A stretch of DNA of 64,000 nucleotides from Protoeuglena noctilucae (Eukaryota), in the NCBI GenBank assembly GCA_958009085.1, contig OY253688.1:248001-312000 (forward strand), read 5' to 3'. The position numbers and the translations under genes are program-made. Numbering within the stretch: position 1 is the stretch's first letter; every line of letters starts with the position of its first letter. The notes below the pieces were generated by a model. It ran no database searches. It saw nothing but the letters and a program-made list of their open reading frames with translations, and had not been told where the DNA came from. Shown one piece after another: positions 37,343 to 50,698 of this stretch.

Positions 37343-40300
37343 TCACCACGTGTTGCGCGCCCGCAGCAGGGCCTCCTCGTACTGAGCAGCTGCGTAGCCC
37401 CAGCTGAGGTCCTGGCCCATGCCCCGCTGCTGGATGGCGCGGAAGGACTCGCGGTGGTGCCTGCGTGGACCAGGACACGCGGGGACGTGAGCCCTGTGCT
37501 ATCAACGGGTCCGCATCTTTCTACCGGAACATGCCCCGTGCCCCACTCACTTGTACGTGCTGATGGCGTGGCTCATGGCGTCGCGGAGGTGGTCCGTGTC
37601 CGCGACCTCGAACGTCCAGCCCGTGCCCTTGTCCTGGAAGGGGTCGAAGCACTCGACCGTGTCGCGCAGGCCGCCCACGGCGTGGACGACGGGCACCGTG
37701 CCGTAGCGCATGGCGTAGAGCTGGTTGAGGCCGCATGGCTCGAAGCGCGAGGGCATGAGGAGGATGTCGCACGCCGCCGTGATGCGGTGCGCCACCTCCA
37801 CGGAGAAGCCCACCCAGCCGCGGCAGCGGTCGTGGTTGTTGCGCTCCATGTTGCGCAGGTCCTGCTCTAACTCCGGGCGCCCGGAGCCCAGCATGATGAG
37901 CTGCACGTTCTGCTGCATCAGCCACTCGTAGTTGTCCCGGATCAAGTCCACGCCCTTCTGGTAGTCGAGGCGCCCAATGAAGCCCAGCATGGGCACGTCG
38001 GGCTCCACCGGCAGACCCATCTGTGAGGGAAGGGCCAGCCATGCAGGTCTTAACAACCAGCGCCGTTTGCGCTATGCGAGCACATGCGCCTGCCTGCTCT
38101 GCACCGTAGGTGTGCATCCCGCTCGGCTCACCTCCTTCTGCAGGGCAGCCTTGCACGCCGCCTTGCCCGTGGCCAGCGTCCTGGCCGAGTAGTTCTGGTA
38201 GCCGTCCGTCTTCAGGTGCTCGTCCACCTCGGGGGACCACACCGACAGGTCAATGCCATTGACGATGCCGTTCAGCTTGATGTTCTGCTCCTGCATCACG
38301 TTGTGCAGGCCCCACCCCCCCTCGGGCGTCTGCGAGTGCAAAGGGCGACGCCAGTGGTACCGCGCGATGCGCCAATCGACTCGTGCATCACCTACCAGGC
38401 GCGGATTGGCCAAGCTCAAACCAGCCAAGCCTCACCTGTGTCTCCCAAGCGTACCCACGCGACACGGCCACGATCTGGTGCGCGAACGTCAGGCCTGCCT
38501 TCATGATGTTCATGTGCTCGCCCCCGATGGGGTCGTACAGGCGGAAGACCTCCGAGTAGTGCGGTGGCACCTGCGCAGGGCAAAGGTAGCACGGGGGCGC
38601 CTCACTCCACGCTCCCTCCTGTCGCTCTGTCTCACCCGCCAGTCGCGCGCCCGAGGCACCACCCAGTCGCCTCTCCTCACCTCGAGGTTAGCGAGGTCGG
38701 CCATGGGCCCCCGCCCCTGGTGCGCCATGTTGTGCACGACGAAGCACGACCGGGCGAAGGTGAACTTGCCGTGGTCGCGATAGTGCGCCTGGAGGTAGAA
38801 GGGCAGGAGCGCCGCGTGCCAGTCGTTTGCGATGAACACGAGGTTGTCTTCTCCGTACGTCCGCTTGTCCTCCCCCAGGGGGACCAGCCACGGGGCCTCC
38901 AGGGCCGCCTTGACGAGAATGGCGCATCGGAACTGGAGATCTTGGCTGCAAATGAGAGCAGTGGCGAGGGGCATGGAGATGTGGGGGGGTCTGTGTAGCC
39001 TCGAAGCAAGACGCGAGCGTCCGCTGCGATGCCTCACCGCGACCCCGAGTAGATGTCCTTGCTCAGGTTGTGGTAGGTGTTGTGGTCCACGAAGACCCAG
39101 TCGACGCCGTCCTGCCGCAGCGTGTGATAGCCGACCTCCTGGATCTGGTTGAAGGCGTTGAAGCGGCCGTTGACTCCCGAGTACTGCGCGCCCTCGATGT
39201 GGCCGTACTTGGGCAGCACCACCATGACGCGGTGGCCTCGCGCGGCCAGCGCCTTGGGCAGGCTCTGCATCACGTCCCCGAGGCCACCCGTCTTGGCCCA
39301 CGGCGCGCACTCGGCCCCGACGATGACGAGGTTGAGTACGTCCTCCCGGGCCGCACGCTGAGCGCCCCTCTCCCACCCGGGGATGTTGAGCGGGTCCAAG
39401 GGGTCGAGCGTCTCTTCCTTGGGCGGAGGTGGCGGAGGCACCAGGAGGTCCCCCGGGAGGGGCCCCACCGCCACCCCGGAGAGCGACGTGCCCGCGGGCG
39501 GCTTGGGAATGGTCGGCACCAGGTTGGGCCCCACCACACGGGGCAAGACGCGGCTCGTCATGACCGGCACCTGCACACGGGGCCCCGGTGAGGCACTTGG
39601 CAAGCCACTCTCGCCACGCCCACGCAGCGCTTCCTCTGCCTCGGCAGCCATGTGGCACGAGCGATGGCGCGGATCTAGCTTGCTTATCACCTTTTGGAGA
39701 CCCAGGGCGTGGGCGATCCCGCCCTCGAGCCCGGGCGGCAGGTAAACGGGAGCGTCATCCACTCCCACGCCTCGCACGTCCGCCCCGTCCTCGTCGTCCA
39801 CGGGTGGTGCCGCCTGGAACGTCGTTATCTCGTCCGGCCGCCGACGCGTCTGCTCCGCGAGCCGGTCTTGCTCGGCCGCGAGCCTGGCCTGTTCTGCCAG
39901 CAGGAGCGCCGCATCCTCCTCCGCCACGGCCTCGAGCTCGCCCGCCAGCGCCAGGGCCCGCTCCGCGATCGCGACGCCCGCAGACATGGCCACGCGCTGC
40001 AAATCGGCGGCCGGCGCGGCCACCGCGCTGCCGTTGCGGAGAGAAGGCGACGCCCGTCCGTTGCTGGATGCCCGCGCCGCGTCGACGAAAAGGTCCGCGT
40101 CGTCGCCGACAAAGTCGCGAGCGTACTCTCCGTCTCCGGGAAGGCGCTCGTGCGCGGCGACGAGGTCGGGCTGCGCGCGGGGGGGGCGGGCGTGCGTCGA
40201 CCGTACATTGCTCAGGTGTGGCGAAGAGCGGCGGGTCCGGCTTGCGGAACCCGCCGCGCGCGCAACGATGGGACATCTCGCTTCATGCAACGCATCCTGG

Positions 40301-41000
40301 CGCCCACGACCGCCCCGTGGGGCCGCGGAGTGCGCGCGCCCGGGGAAGCGCTGACCGCCACTGCCGCACCTGTACGGCGCGGATGCGGTCGCGGATCGCC
40401 GACGATAGACGCTCCGCCTCCTCGATGCTTCGATTGACCGTGGACATATCGACCTGTACGCCGCTCCGGCTCAGCCGCTCGAGCAGGAGGCGCTGAGTCT
40501 CCTTCCGCTGAGAAATCTGCAAGCTCACAGCGAGAGCCGTCCCCTCGGCGGCCGCGAACGGAGGCGGAAGAGTCGAGTTCTGGCCCTCGACACAGCGACG
40601 GAAACGAATCGTGCGATACGCCCCGCCCTCCCGGCCCCGCGTGGGTGGTTCAGGCCTCCTACGCCCATGTGGAACAGTGGCCCCCGTCCTGCCCCCCCCC
40701 GCGGCGGCGCCTCGCTCACCTCCTTCACCAGCTTCTCGTGGATGCCTCGGAGTTTCTCCACGTTTGTCCGCGTCGCCGAAGCGGCCACGCCGGGCCTTCC
40801 GCCGCTCCTCCGCCCTGAGGGCGCGACAACCAGGGCGGCTCGGCGCCAGCCGGCGATCAATGTCCCAGCGGGCGCGCCTTGCGACCCCTGGTAAACGAAA
40901 TGACCCTCATCGCGGCGCGCTGCCCCCGGTCGGGAGGCCGGGGGCGCGGCGCTGCCCGGGGGTGCGCCCCATGCAACCCCCGTGGAGGGGCCGGCACTCG
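37343..41000 (-). CDS. Soluble starch synthase, probably SSII; 5' end approximate
   Basis: [76 protein letters not shown] and VGGLRDTV. Ends [22 protein letters not shown]. The N-terminal coiled region has [11 protein letters not shown]. Confidence 0.93.
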
Positions 41001-41595
41001 ATCACAGATTTCAGCGAAATCGTCGTCGAAACGCGCCAGTCGCACATCGCGACACGACTATAAGCACCCTCGACACCCAATTCCCCCCCCTCGTCGTCCG
41101 TGGCCCCCGCGAAGCGCCCAAGCTCACCCGCGACGAACGGACCGTTCGTGGCCCCACGACGCATCATCATGCTCCCACCAGACATCCCGCGAGTCGCCCG
41201 CGCCTGCGGATGGGCTGCGCGCACCGTCGAATGCCGGGAAGGGTGGCTCGCGCCCGGCGTCGCGGGAGGCGACTGTGCTCGCTGCCTGGAAGCGCTCGTG
41301 CGATAGACGGGAGTGCCTGCGCACCCCGGCGCTCTTGCGCGCCGGCAGTCGCACGCCTGACACACCCCCTCTGGCAGCAAAGGCACCTCTCCCCGACTCC
41401 GGCGCATCTCTGGGATGACATCCTCGCATCCTGATCACGCGGACGGTGGCATCGCGCCCAGCTGCTTTCTTCTTTTTCTGACGAGTGTGGATCGCCTTCG
41501 CCGAGCTCGGAATCCAGAGGGGGAGCAGTGGGGCCACCCACTGCTGACCTGATTTGCTCGACGGCGGGCGAGGCCGCGGGCTCTCGCTGCCCAGA

Positions 41596-43186
41596 ATGTC
41601 CGCACGGGAGGGTGGGATGCACAAGGTGGCGCGGGATGTGTTCGCGGGGACATGCGGTGAGGGCCGCGTTGCATACCCGCGATGCAGCGTAGTGGTCCGG
41701 TCTTACGCTGGCATGATTGTGGGCACCTCATCGCGAGCCCCGCTTGGTCTCGGGGAGGCGTGAGAGGCCTGCGGTCTTGACAGGCGGCGCGGCCCGAGGG
41801 GCGGGAGCATTTGCGCGTGCGTATGCCTCCGTGACCTTGAAATTGTGCAAGCTCCTTCCTCGCGGAGCCCGGCTGCCCGCTTCTCCCTGGCGACGTGGCC
41901 GCCCCTGTATGTGGGTCGCGCGCCTGCGTGGCCCGATCGGGCACATTCCCGCGGACCTCGGCGACCGCAGGTGGTGTTGCGGTCACGCTGACGGGGCACC
42001 CCTTCGACACGCTCAAGGTTCGGCTCCAGACGCAGCCGTTAGACAAGCCCATCTACAATGGCAGTGAGTAAGGCCTGCTGCATGTCGCGGGGTGCCGGCA
42101 TTGCGGGAACCCTGCCCCCGATGTGTGGCTCATGCTACCCTCAGCTGCGTGGCGGGCCCTCCCAATCCATGCTTCCTGCCGCACTCGCAGTGATTGACTG
42201 TGCACGCAAGACCGTCCAGTGGGAGGGCCTGGGGGGTCTGTACAAGGGCGTCGCGTCGCCGCTCGTGGGGCAGATGTTCTTCCGAGCATCTCTGTTCTCT
42301 GCATTCGGTTTCGCCAAGCGTGGGATTGCAGAGTCTAAGGTATGTCAGCACGGGGGGCACGGCGCGGCAAATGGTGTCATGTGCTCAAACGCATTGACGG
42401 GTCCCACACTGACACGAACCAAGTCACATCTGTCCCGTGCGTGGCAGGGGGTGGAGGTGACGAAGCTCGAGATGTCGGATTTCTACAAGGCGGGTGCCAT
42501 CACGGGCTTCGTCGCGGCCTTCACCGAGAGCCCGATCGACTTCTTTAAGTCACAGATTCAAGTTCAGATCATTCGTGCCCGGAGCAACCCCGAGTACAAG
42601 GTGCTGCAGCCATGATGCCGCCATGCCCCCAGCATGCACAGAGGCTTCCATGCTGGAAGCGGAGGGGTTGACACTGTGCTGTGCCACCGTTGCCGACAGC
42701 GGCTCGTCCCCGTGCACGCAGCCAGCATTCACGTCCGTTTCAGGGGCGGTCAGGGCGGCCATCCAAACAAATGGCCTGCTCCGGGGGCCGTACCAGGGCT
42801 TCTCGGCGACGGTCATCCGCAACGTCCCGGCCAACTGCGTCTACCTGGGGACCTTTGAGGCGCTGAAGAGCCACTGGGCCGGGGTGTACCAGTGCGAGGT
42901 GCGGGACCTCCCGGCCCACGTGCTGCTGGGGTCGGCCGGGTTTGGGGGCATCTTGTTCTGGCTGACGACCTACCCCATCGACGTCATCAAGTCGTCCATG
43001 ATGTGCGACACCCTGGACAGGAGCAAGCGCACGTACAGGAGCTTCCTTCAGACGGCCCAGGCGCTCTACGCGGCAGGGGGGATCCGGCGCTTCTACGTGG
43101 GGTTCACCCCGTGCCTGATCCGCGCTGCGCCCGCCAACGCTACCATGCTCTACACAGTCGACAAGGTCACTCAGTTCCTCTCGTGA
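41596..43186 (+). CDS. Mitochondrial carrier family protein (carnitine/basic amino acid carrier-like)
   Basis: Three carrier repeats with the signatures [24 protein letters not shown] and [12 protein letters not shown]; also GLYKGVASP and RAAPANA. Confidence 0.95.
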
Positions 43187-43245
43187 GGCCCCCGGAGCGT
43201 GAGTGGTGCGCCTGGGGCCCGGCACCCTCGTGCCGCCCTCGCCGT

Positions 43246-44249
43246 TCATTGAATGAAGTAGCCGAGGAGGAAGAGAAGGAAGGAGCCCGCGAGGGCGCCG
43301 TAGATGACGAGGCTCTTCTGCTCGCCCGTCCACGTGTTGGTGCCGAACCCGTACCCCTGGTTCGCCGCGAACCCCGCAATCTCCTTGGCCTCCTCCTCGA
43401 ATTTCTTCTTGTCCAGGCCGCACACCGGGCACAGCCAGTCGTCGGGCAGATCCGAAAACTGCGTGCCCTTGGCCACGGGGTACTCCGGGTCGCCCACCGA
43501 CGGGTCATACGTGTAGCCGCACCCCTTGCACTGAGCGCGCCCCGAGGAAATCTTCATGAACTTCTCGGCCGCCCGCAGGCGCTCAATCTCCTGCTGCTTC
43601 TCCAGCTGCCGCAGCTCGTCCGCTGACATGAGCTCCTTGTCCACGCTCTGCGTGCACCGAGGAGCGGACAGGTCCAGCCCCCGCCCAGGTCGCCAGGGAA
43701 CTATGAAACCTATACCCAGCTTCCGGACGCAAAGCCGGGAGCTTACCTGGGTTTCCGCGTCCCCTTCCGCCCGCGCAGTCACGCCCCTTCGCAGGTTGCT
43801 CGGCTGCGGGCAACACGGAGGGCCTCCCTTCGTGAACCGGATGGGGCGGGGTGGGATGGGCCCCACATCGCGATCTATTTCCTCAAACGCACTGAAGCAT
43901 GAAGCCGGCATCGAGTAGCAAGGCTTGTCGAGCTCCGCAGTCCCGAATCCCACGGACGACGCACCTGCACGGGCCGTCCCAGGGCGCACGGGCGCTGCCC
44001 TGCGCCGTATGGCCTGCCCAGCGCATGGCATGATGTCATCTGCGAGGATGGGATGTGCACGCGGCGCTGAACGGCTCGCGCGGGGCTGGCTGTCGCGGGC
44101 CAGGAGAAGGGTGCTGTCGCGAATCTCGGTCGAGCAAAGGCCGATGCGCGAGCCAGTCCCTCCAACTGATCTCTCAGCTTCAAATCAACTGAGGAAGGCG
44201 GTCGGTGACGCGTCCCGGGTCGCAGACTCGCCTGTGAGAGGAGCGCCAT
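43246..44249 (-). CDS. RBD1: Thylakoid membrane-anchored rubredoxin (RBD1/RubA type); 5' end approximate
   Basis: [20 protein letters not shown]...[26 protein letters not shown] and a C-terminal TM ([21 protein letters not shown]). The N-terminus resembles a transit peptide. Confidence 0.93.
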
Positions 44250-44742
44250 GGTCGAGACCGCCCCTCACGCCCCTTCGTGCAGACCTCTTCGATCGCTGAC
44301 GGATATACGCAAACCGTGCCTCTCGCGGGCTACCCAAGGCGGGCCAGGCCTGCGAACCTGTGAGAGCCAAGAGAGAGAAGCGTTGACAAGAGTCGGAGTC
44401 AAAGTCTCGCTGTCACAGCTGTGAAGTAGAGGAGATGCATGAACAATTCGAGCAGGGACAGCGCAAGACAGCGGCACCTAACCCTCTGACACTTGCCAAC
44501 GCCCGACGGCACGCAGGGCTAACAATTGGGAAGTTCCCTACTGCGTCCGACCAGTCCTGGCGAGTGACGCGGGGCTGACACTGAGGCCGGGGGACGGGAA
44601 AGGGGTGCTGGCTCGTCCGCGGCTGCGTGGTGCGGCAGCGTGGTGAGCGTGCCATCTTGAAGGAGCTCCCGCGAACGCAGCGGCCGACGCCGTCCCGCTC
44701 GGAGCTGGGCGACGTCCTTGACGCTGCTTCTGCCGGTCGTTC

Positions 44743-46459
44743 ATGCAGGGGCTGCGCGGCATGGAGCTGCCGCTGCGGGTTCTCCGCACGGAGAACGACG
44801 CGCGCCCCGCAGGGCCAGACGCCCCGGCCTGCGGCGGGGAAGGAGCCGGTGCTGCTGCGGACGGACTTCCTGTAGTCAAGCGCAAGCGCCGCCTGCCCCC
44901 CGAGTGGAAGCAAGCACAGGCCTCCACGGCCCTCCCGGCGCTCGTCTACCAGGGCCGGTGCTTCTGCATCCGGGAGCGCGGGGCAGCGGAGGCGGCGGCG
45001 CTGCAGCTGATCCGGATGCGTCTCAGCTGTGTGGGGCTGGACATCGAGTGGAAGGTCACGTACATCCCAGGACAGCCACCCCGCCAAGTTGCCACGCTGC
45101 AGCTCTGCTTCTCTCCCGCGTCGTCACGAGGCCGCCGCCCCGGCACTCCTCCGCTCTCCACCCCCTGCGTCTGCCTCATCTTCCAGCTCTTCGCCACGGG
45201 TGCGTGCTTGCTCTGCTACCCTGGCAGGGGTTCAGCAGCTCATCGATTGCCTGGCAGGAGACGCAGAGCCTGCTTCCTTCCCTCCAGGTGTCCCCGAGTC
45301 GCTGCACGCATTCCTCGCGGATCACACCGTCCAAAAGCTCGGGTGCGGCATCATGAACGACGCGAACAAGCTGCAGAACGACTACGGCGTGACGTTGGGC
45401 GGCATCCAGGAGCTCTCGGACGTGGCTAACGCGCGACTGGAGCCCGGAGAGGAGCGCCGGTGGTCCCTGCGCGACTTAGTGGCGCGGTTCCTGCACCTCA
45501 ACATCGACAAGAACCCTCGAGTGCGGTGCTCGGACTGGGAACACGCCAACCTCACGTGCCACCAAGTGGTTTACGCCGCCACCGACGCATGGGCGGCTCT
45601 CTTGTGCTACTGGTGAGGATGAGCGAGACCCACCTTACTAGGATAGCATGCTGCCTACGACTCAGCCCCGCTAACTCGAGCGCTGCAGGGTGCTCTTGGA
45701 TATGCCCGTGATCTCGACGCCTGAGCCGGCATACCAGGCTGGACCCGCCATCGCGCCCGCTGTGGCAGTTGCGATGGAGGCACGAGCGCAGAGCCCGGTC
45801 ATGGTGCCACGGGTGAGTGACAAGTGCGCAGCCAAATGAGTCCAAGTACACGCTGGTGGCGGTCTATTCCAGGCCGCTTGATAGGGCGACATGTCTTGTT
45901 CTCGCCTGCAGTGCGTGGAGGGGGTGCTCACGGTCCAGCCCACCAAGCGTGCATGCTGGCAGCTCCACATGTCCGAGCACAGCATGCCGGACATCGCCCG
46001 CCTGCGAGGCATTAGGCTTGAGACGGTGCTCTCGTACCTGGCCGAGTGCGTCCGTGCCGGCATGGGGTACCGATGGTGCGTTGGGCATGACGATGGCTGG
46101 CCCATGGAAGCCCCACCTTTGTCTGTTCTGAGCGGCAGTCTTGCTGTCGCGTGACATGCAGGGACCTGATGGGCGTAAGCGACGAGGACCTGGCGGTGGT
46201 GCGTACGGCAGTGGTTGAGGCGCTGCGTGGCACCGCCTCCTCGTGCCCTGACAGCCAGGCGATGTCCTCGCGCTTGCATGTCGAAGCGCTCATGGAGCGC
46301 CTGGGGCAGCGTGGGGTGCGGCTGATCGACATCGCGGTGCGTGCCGGTGGCAGGATTAGCGTAGGGCAGGTGGCGCTGGCGGTCTACCATTTGGGGCGCA
46401 CGGATAGCGAGGTGCAGCTGGCGCTGGCCCCAGACAGCTCCTCGTCATGGACGGCATAG
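44743..46459 (+). CDS. Werner-syndrome-type DEDDy 3'-5' exonuclease (WEX-like) with a C-terminal HTH
   Basis: VGLDIEW (ExoI), VATLQL, KLGCGIMNDANKL (ExoII), WSLRDLV, VRCSDWE...QVVYAATDAW (ExoIII). Downstream SMPDIARLRGIRLETVLSYLAECV. Confidence 0.88.
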
Positions 46460-46574
46460 ACGATGCCGCCCATTAAATCATGAGAGTTATGGCTGCCGAC
46501 GCATGCCATGGTCAATTCACAAGGACTGTGCATGCGAGGCATTGGCCGTCGAATCTGGCCCTCAACCACCAGCA

Positions 46575-48493
46575 TCAATCTCTATCTTCCTTCTCCTTCT
46601 TCTTCTTCTTCAGCAACTCCTTGGCCTTCTTCACCCGCCGCTTGGCCTCCTTCCCGCTCAGACCCGCCAGCTCAGCCCCCGCCAGCTTGTCGCTGCCCCA
46701 CACTGCGGCCCGCTCCCGCGCGAGCCCCTCGATCTCCTGCCGATCGACGCCCAGGCCAGCGAGACGGGTCTGCGCGCACACCAAAGCAGATGGTTCGACG
46801 TCTCACCAACACGGTGTGCAAAGCAGCTGCCACACCTCCAAAGGTGCCTTGGGACGTGCCATGCGCCTCCCTGTGCCACCCTGCGTCTCGGCCGGGGCCT
46901 CCGCCTTCCTGGCCCCGCTGGAGCCCTTCCCTGGCTTCTTCACCCCGCCCCCCACCGCCTTCACCGCCAGCTTCACGGATCCCTTCCCGCCCCTCTCCTT
47001 CCGCTTCCCCTCCGCACCCGCCCCCTTGCCTCCCGCTTCGTCTGACCCCCTGGGCTCCTCACGCTTGGCATGACCCCCGCCTCCCATGACATCTGACCCC
47101 TCCCCACTCGCTCGCGCCCGGCCTTTGTCCTTCGTTCGCACTGCCTTGCCGGGCTTGCCTTCCGATGGCGGGGTGGCGCCGCCTGCCCTCCCGGCAGCTT
47201 TCGATGGCCCCAGCAAGGCCGCGGCCGATGCCGAGGCCTGGGCCGCCGTGTCGGGTCTCTCGGCGACGCAAAGCCCCGTGATGCGCGCCCCCGTCTCAGC
47301 CGCGCACACGGACCTCGCCTCGGCAGGCTCCTCTCCCGCCCGCCAGCTGACGGCGCGCAGGTCCAACACACGAAGCGCACCCGCGGAGTTGGCGGCCGCC
47401 ACGAACGTCGGCGACGCGGCCCAGTCCGCCAGCCCGGGGAGTGCCAAGCCACGCACGCGGGAGGGCTTGTCCAGTCGCAAGGCGGCAGCGGACGTGGGCG
47501 GTGCGCGGGGGTCCCAGAGCCTGCAGGCGCGAGGCAGGCTCGAAATTGCAGCCAGGCGATGGAAAGCGCTGCCCGTCGTCTTCACAAATCCCAGCGTGCG
47601 TGTTGGTGCCGGTACCTGACGGTGCCGTCGTCGCAGCCACAGAGGACGGCGGTGTTAGCGACGGTGCAGCTCGAAACGCGGCTGGGCGCCTCCAGCGACC
47701 CCACCACGCCGCCATCCACGGTCTGAACCACGCAGCGACGGCCCGCCACCAGGGCATACCGCGCCCCGTCCGGGAAGAACCGCACTGGGGGCCGAACGAG
47801 GGTCGACCCACATTCCAGCCTGGCTCCAGAATGGGAACAGCCACCCGCTCGTGGCAACCACTCGGCATAAGCGCCCTTACCCGTGTCCGTCTCGGCCTCC
47901 AGGGGCGACGTGTACTGGCACCTGCCCCGGACCAAGTCCCACAGCCGAAGGTGGCGGTCGTGGGCCACGCTCAGCGCGACCTTGCCGGAGGGGTGGATGC
48001 TCACGCTATGCACGGTGCTGCGGTGACCCCGCAACGCGCGCATGTGCTCCCACCCGCCGCCCACGCTCCATACGTGCAACGAGCCGTCCTCAGACCCCGA
48101 CAGAAGGTGCGATGGCTCCACCTCCCCCGGCGGCGCGAAAAGCTCCACACACGTCACCGCGCCTTCCCCAGGGTTGACTAGGAAGCCGTGGTCTTTCTGA
48201 CCGTCTGCGCGGGTGGGCACGGGTGCTGCGGGGGCTGATGCAGCGCACTTTTACTCCGGGCGGCGCAGTCACGACGCCCGACGCCGAGCTGGACGCGCAC
48301 CGGCAGCGAATATGTGAAGTTGATCGTCCGCACCACCCGTGACGATCCACGAACCCCGCGCCGCGACGCACTTGACGGGCCCCTGATGGGCGGGCATCGA
48401 AAACCGCTTCTTCAGCGAAGCCCCGTCTTCCCCTAGGTCCGCATACTCAAATCCAAACAGGAAACGCTCGTAGCTTCCGGCCACGAGCGTCAT
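46575..48493 (-). CDS. PAK1IP1/MAK11-like WD40 ribosome biogenesis factor with a Lys-rich tail
   Basis: MTLVAGSYERFLFG, AHQGPVKCVA...TGGADD, HLLSGSEDG and GHRSTVHSVSIHPSGKVALSVAHDRHLRLWDL. The C-terminus is poly-K rich. Confidence 0.9.
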
Positions 48494-48821
48494 CCCTCCC
48501 GCAGAAGCCCCGTCTCCGCCAGCGCGGGGCTCCAGACCCAGCCGCCGTCCGCAGTCGTTGCGAGGAGTCCGAAACTGCCAAAGAAAGCCTGCCGCGCGGA
48601 AGGTGAAGACATGAGTTAGCAGAGTAAGCAAGCGACGCGGAGCAGGACTTCCAAGATTAGCTGCACAAACGTTTCAATGACACACGTCGGTGCGGCACAA
48701 CCTACAGAGTTTTCAGCTCACTCGCACTGCCCCAAACACTGGGCAGTGCCAGGCTATCTGCAGACTATAGTGTGTGAACCAAGGGGGATTATATATCGCG
48801 CCAAAAGCCATCGTGCAGCCG

Positions 48822-50698
48822 ATGCGGAGCTCCCTTCAGCTCATTCGGTCGGCTCCCTCCTCCCTTGCCGCTCCATCATCATGCGTCCGCCGTGGTTTCA
48901 GTGGCACGAGACCCTGCCGTCGACGGGGAGGGGAGGCAATCAGACCCCAGGCGGCTCTGGGGGACGCAGAGGCCGTGTGGGCCATCCTCGCATGTAGCGC
49001 GACTGCAGGCCAACTTCTGGTGCGGTCGGGATCACACATCACATGCAGGCACTGTCTTTGACAAGCTGATGTTCCCCGATTGCCTGTGGCGCGACGTGAT
49101 GGAGGCAGACGGCTCACTGAGATTATGAGAGTCCACCCCTTCGGTGAAGTTATCATTAAAATGCTTCCTTCGACCCCCCCCCATTCCCCAGGATCGCACG
49201 CGATTTGGACGGCTGCTTTCCCCGCCCGTCACCACCATGGCTCTGACGCTCGCCCTCAGCGCCACGGGCGTCCTGCCCGTCGAGTCGGTCGTGTACGACA
49301 CGGTGTGGTCGTGGCTGGTGCCTCTGAGCACTGCGCTGTATTTGCTGGATGCCGACCTGTCCCTCCTCTTCAAGGCGGGCCGCGATGCCCTGATGGGCTT
49401 CCTGGCTGGCTCTGTCGGCACGCTTGCCGGCCTGACGGCGGCCTGGTCCGCGCTGGGACACACCGGGTGGCTGGGCCCAGAGGGCGCCAAGCTGTGCGCA
49501 GCGCTGACTGCCAGCTACGTGGGCGGGTCCGTCAACTTTGCAGCCGTCAGTGCCGCGCTGGGCGTCACCCACCGTCCCAGCATGGTGGCGGCACTGGCTG
49601 CCGACAACCTCGTCATGGCGGGGTACTTGGCGGTCTTAATGGTGCTGGTGAGACTCGTTGCGATGCATATGGGAGCCTTAGGTGCTGTTGATATGCCCAT
49701 GTCGTCGCAGAGCATCCAATCGTTGCACCCCGGGCAGCGGCAACGTGACCAGGTGCCGCGCTCTCCTCTCGCACCCAGCCGTCCCCGCCGTACCGCCCAC
49801 CGGGCCAGGACTCAAGCAAGGGTCGCGAGGAGGATGACGATGCTGGGGCCAAGTCACGTTCTGAGATGAGCGAGGGTGCGGGTGGAGAGGGTGCAGGCGC
49901 TGACGCATTGTCAATCCTGCCGTGCCTGTCGGGCGCATTAGTCAGCGTCTGGGCGGGAAAGGTCCTTGCGTCAGGTATTAGGAGGCCCGAGATGTCGACC
50001 GCCCTTGTGTCGATTGTCGCGGTTGTGATTGGCGCCACAGCGGCGCGGGTGCGAAGGGCATGGCATGGTGGGGCGTCGACGGGCGCAAATCTGAAGAAAC
50101 GTAGGCCCTTTTCGGGGTCTCAGTCGCTGGGCAGCGCGCTGATGGGGGTCTTCTTCGCCTCGATCGGGGCGACGGCCGGCTCCCTGGACGCCCTGCGCTT
50201 GGCCCCGGGCCTCCTGGCTTTCGTGTTTTTGCAGATCGCGGTCCACACGGTCGGTGAGTGCAGCTGGCGCGAGTGCAAGCCTTCTCCGCCCTGTGACCTC
50301 TTCTGCACTCATGCCATTGGCCTTGCATCCTCGCCGCAGTGTGCCTGGGCCTGGGTACAGCGGCACGGGTGCCCCTGCCCGCCCTCATTATCGGCAGCAA
50401 TGCGAACGTGGGAGGCCCGGCGACCGCGGCAGCGATGGCCGCAGCCCGGGTGAGTGGGCCGCAGCTGTCGGAAGAACTGTTAGTGCTTTGCCCAGTTTGC
50501 GTCTGACAAATCGCGACTTGCAGGCCAAGTCTGCCATGCCCACCGTGCCTGTTGCTTGTTAGGTAAGCCTCACCTCTCCCATCTCCCTTGCTTCAGGGCT
50601 GGCATGCGCTCGTGGAGGCGGGCGTCCTCGTCGGCTGTCTCGGCTATGCCATGGGCACGGCCGTGGGCCTCTCGTGCTTCCCGCTGTTACGGACATAG
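48822..50698 (+). CDS. DUF819 (YjcL-like) multipass membrane protein, probably plastid-targeted
   Basis: LLDADL, FLAGSVGT, ALTASYVGGSVNFAAV, ALAADN, FFASIGA, IIGSNANVGGPATAAAMA and LVGCLGYAMGTAVG. The N-terminus is R/S-rich. Confidence 0.88.

Noticed and set aside
43650..43750. Stop-free in-frame introns (RBD1, also 4416-4523 and 23801-23908) as regulated intron retention
   Set aside because: Short GC-rich introns with length divisible by 3 are often stop-free by chance, and the sequence shows no evidence of retention.
46585..46612. (TTC)n microsatellite-like tract
   Set aside because: It is the reverse complement of the poly-Lys/Glu codons in the PAK1IP1-like C-terminus.
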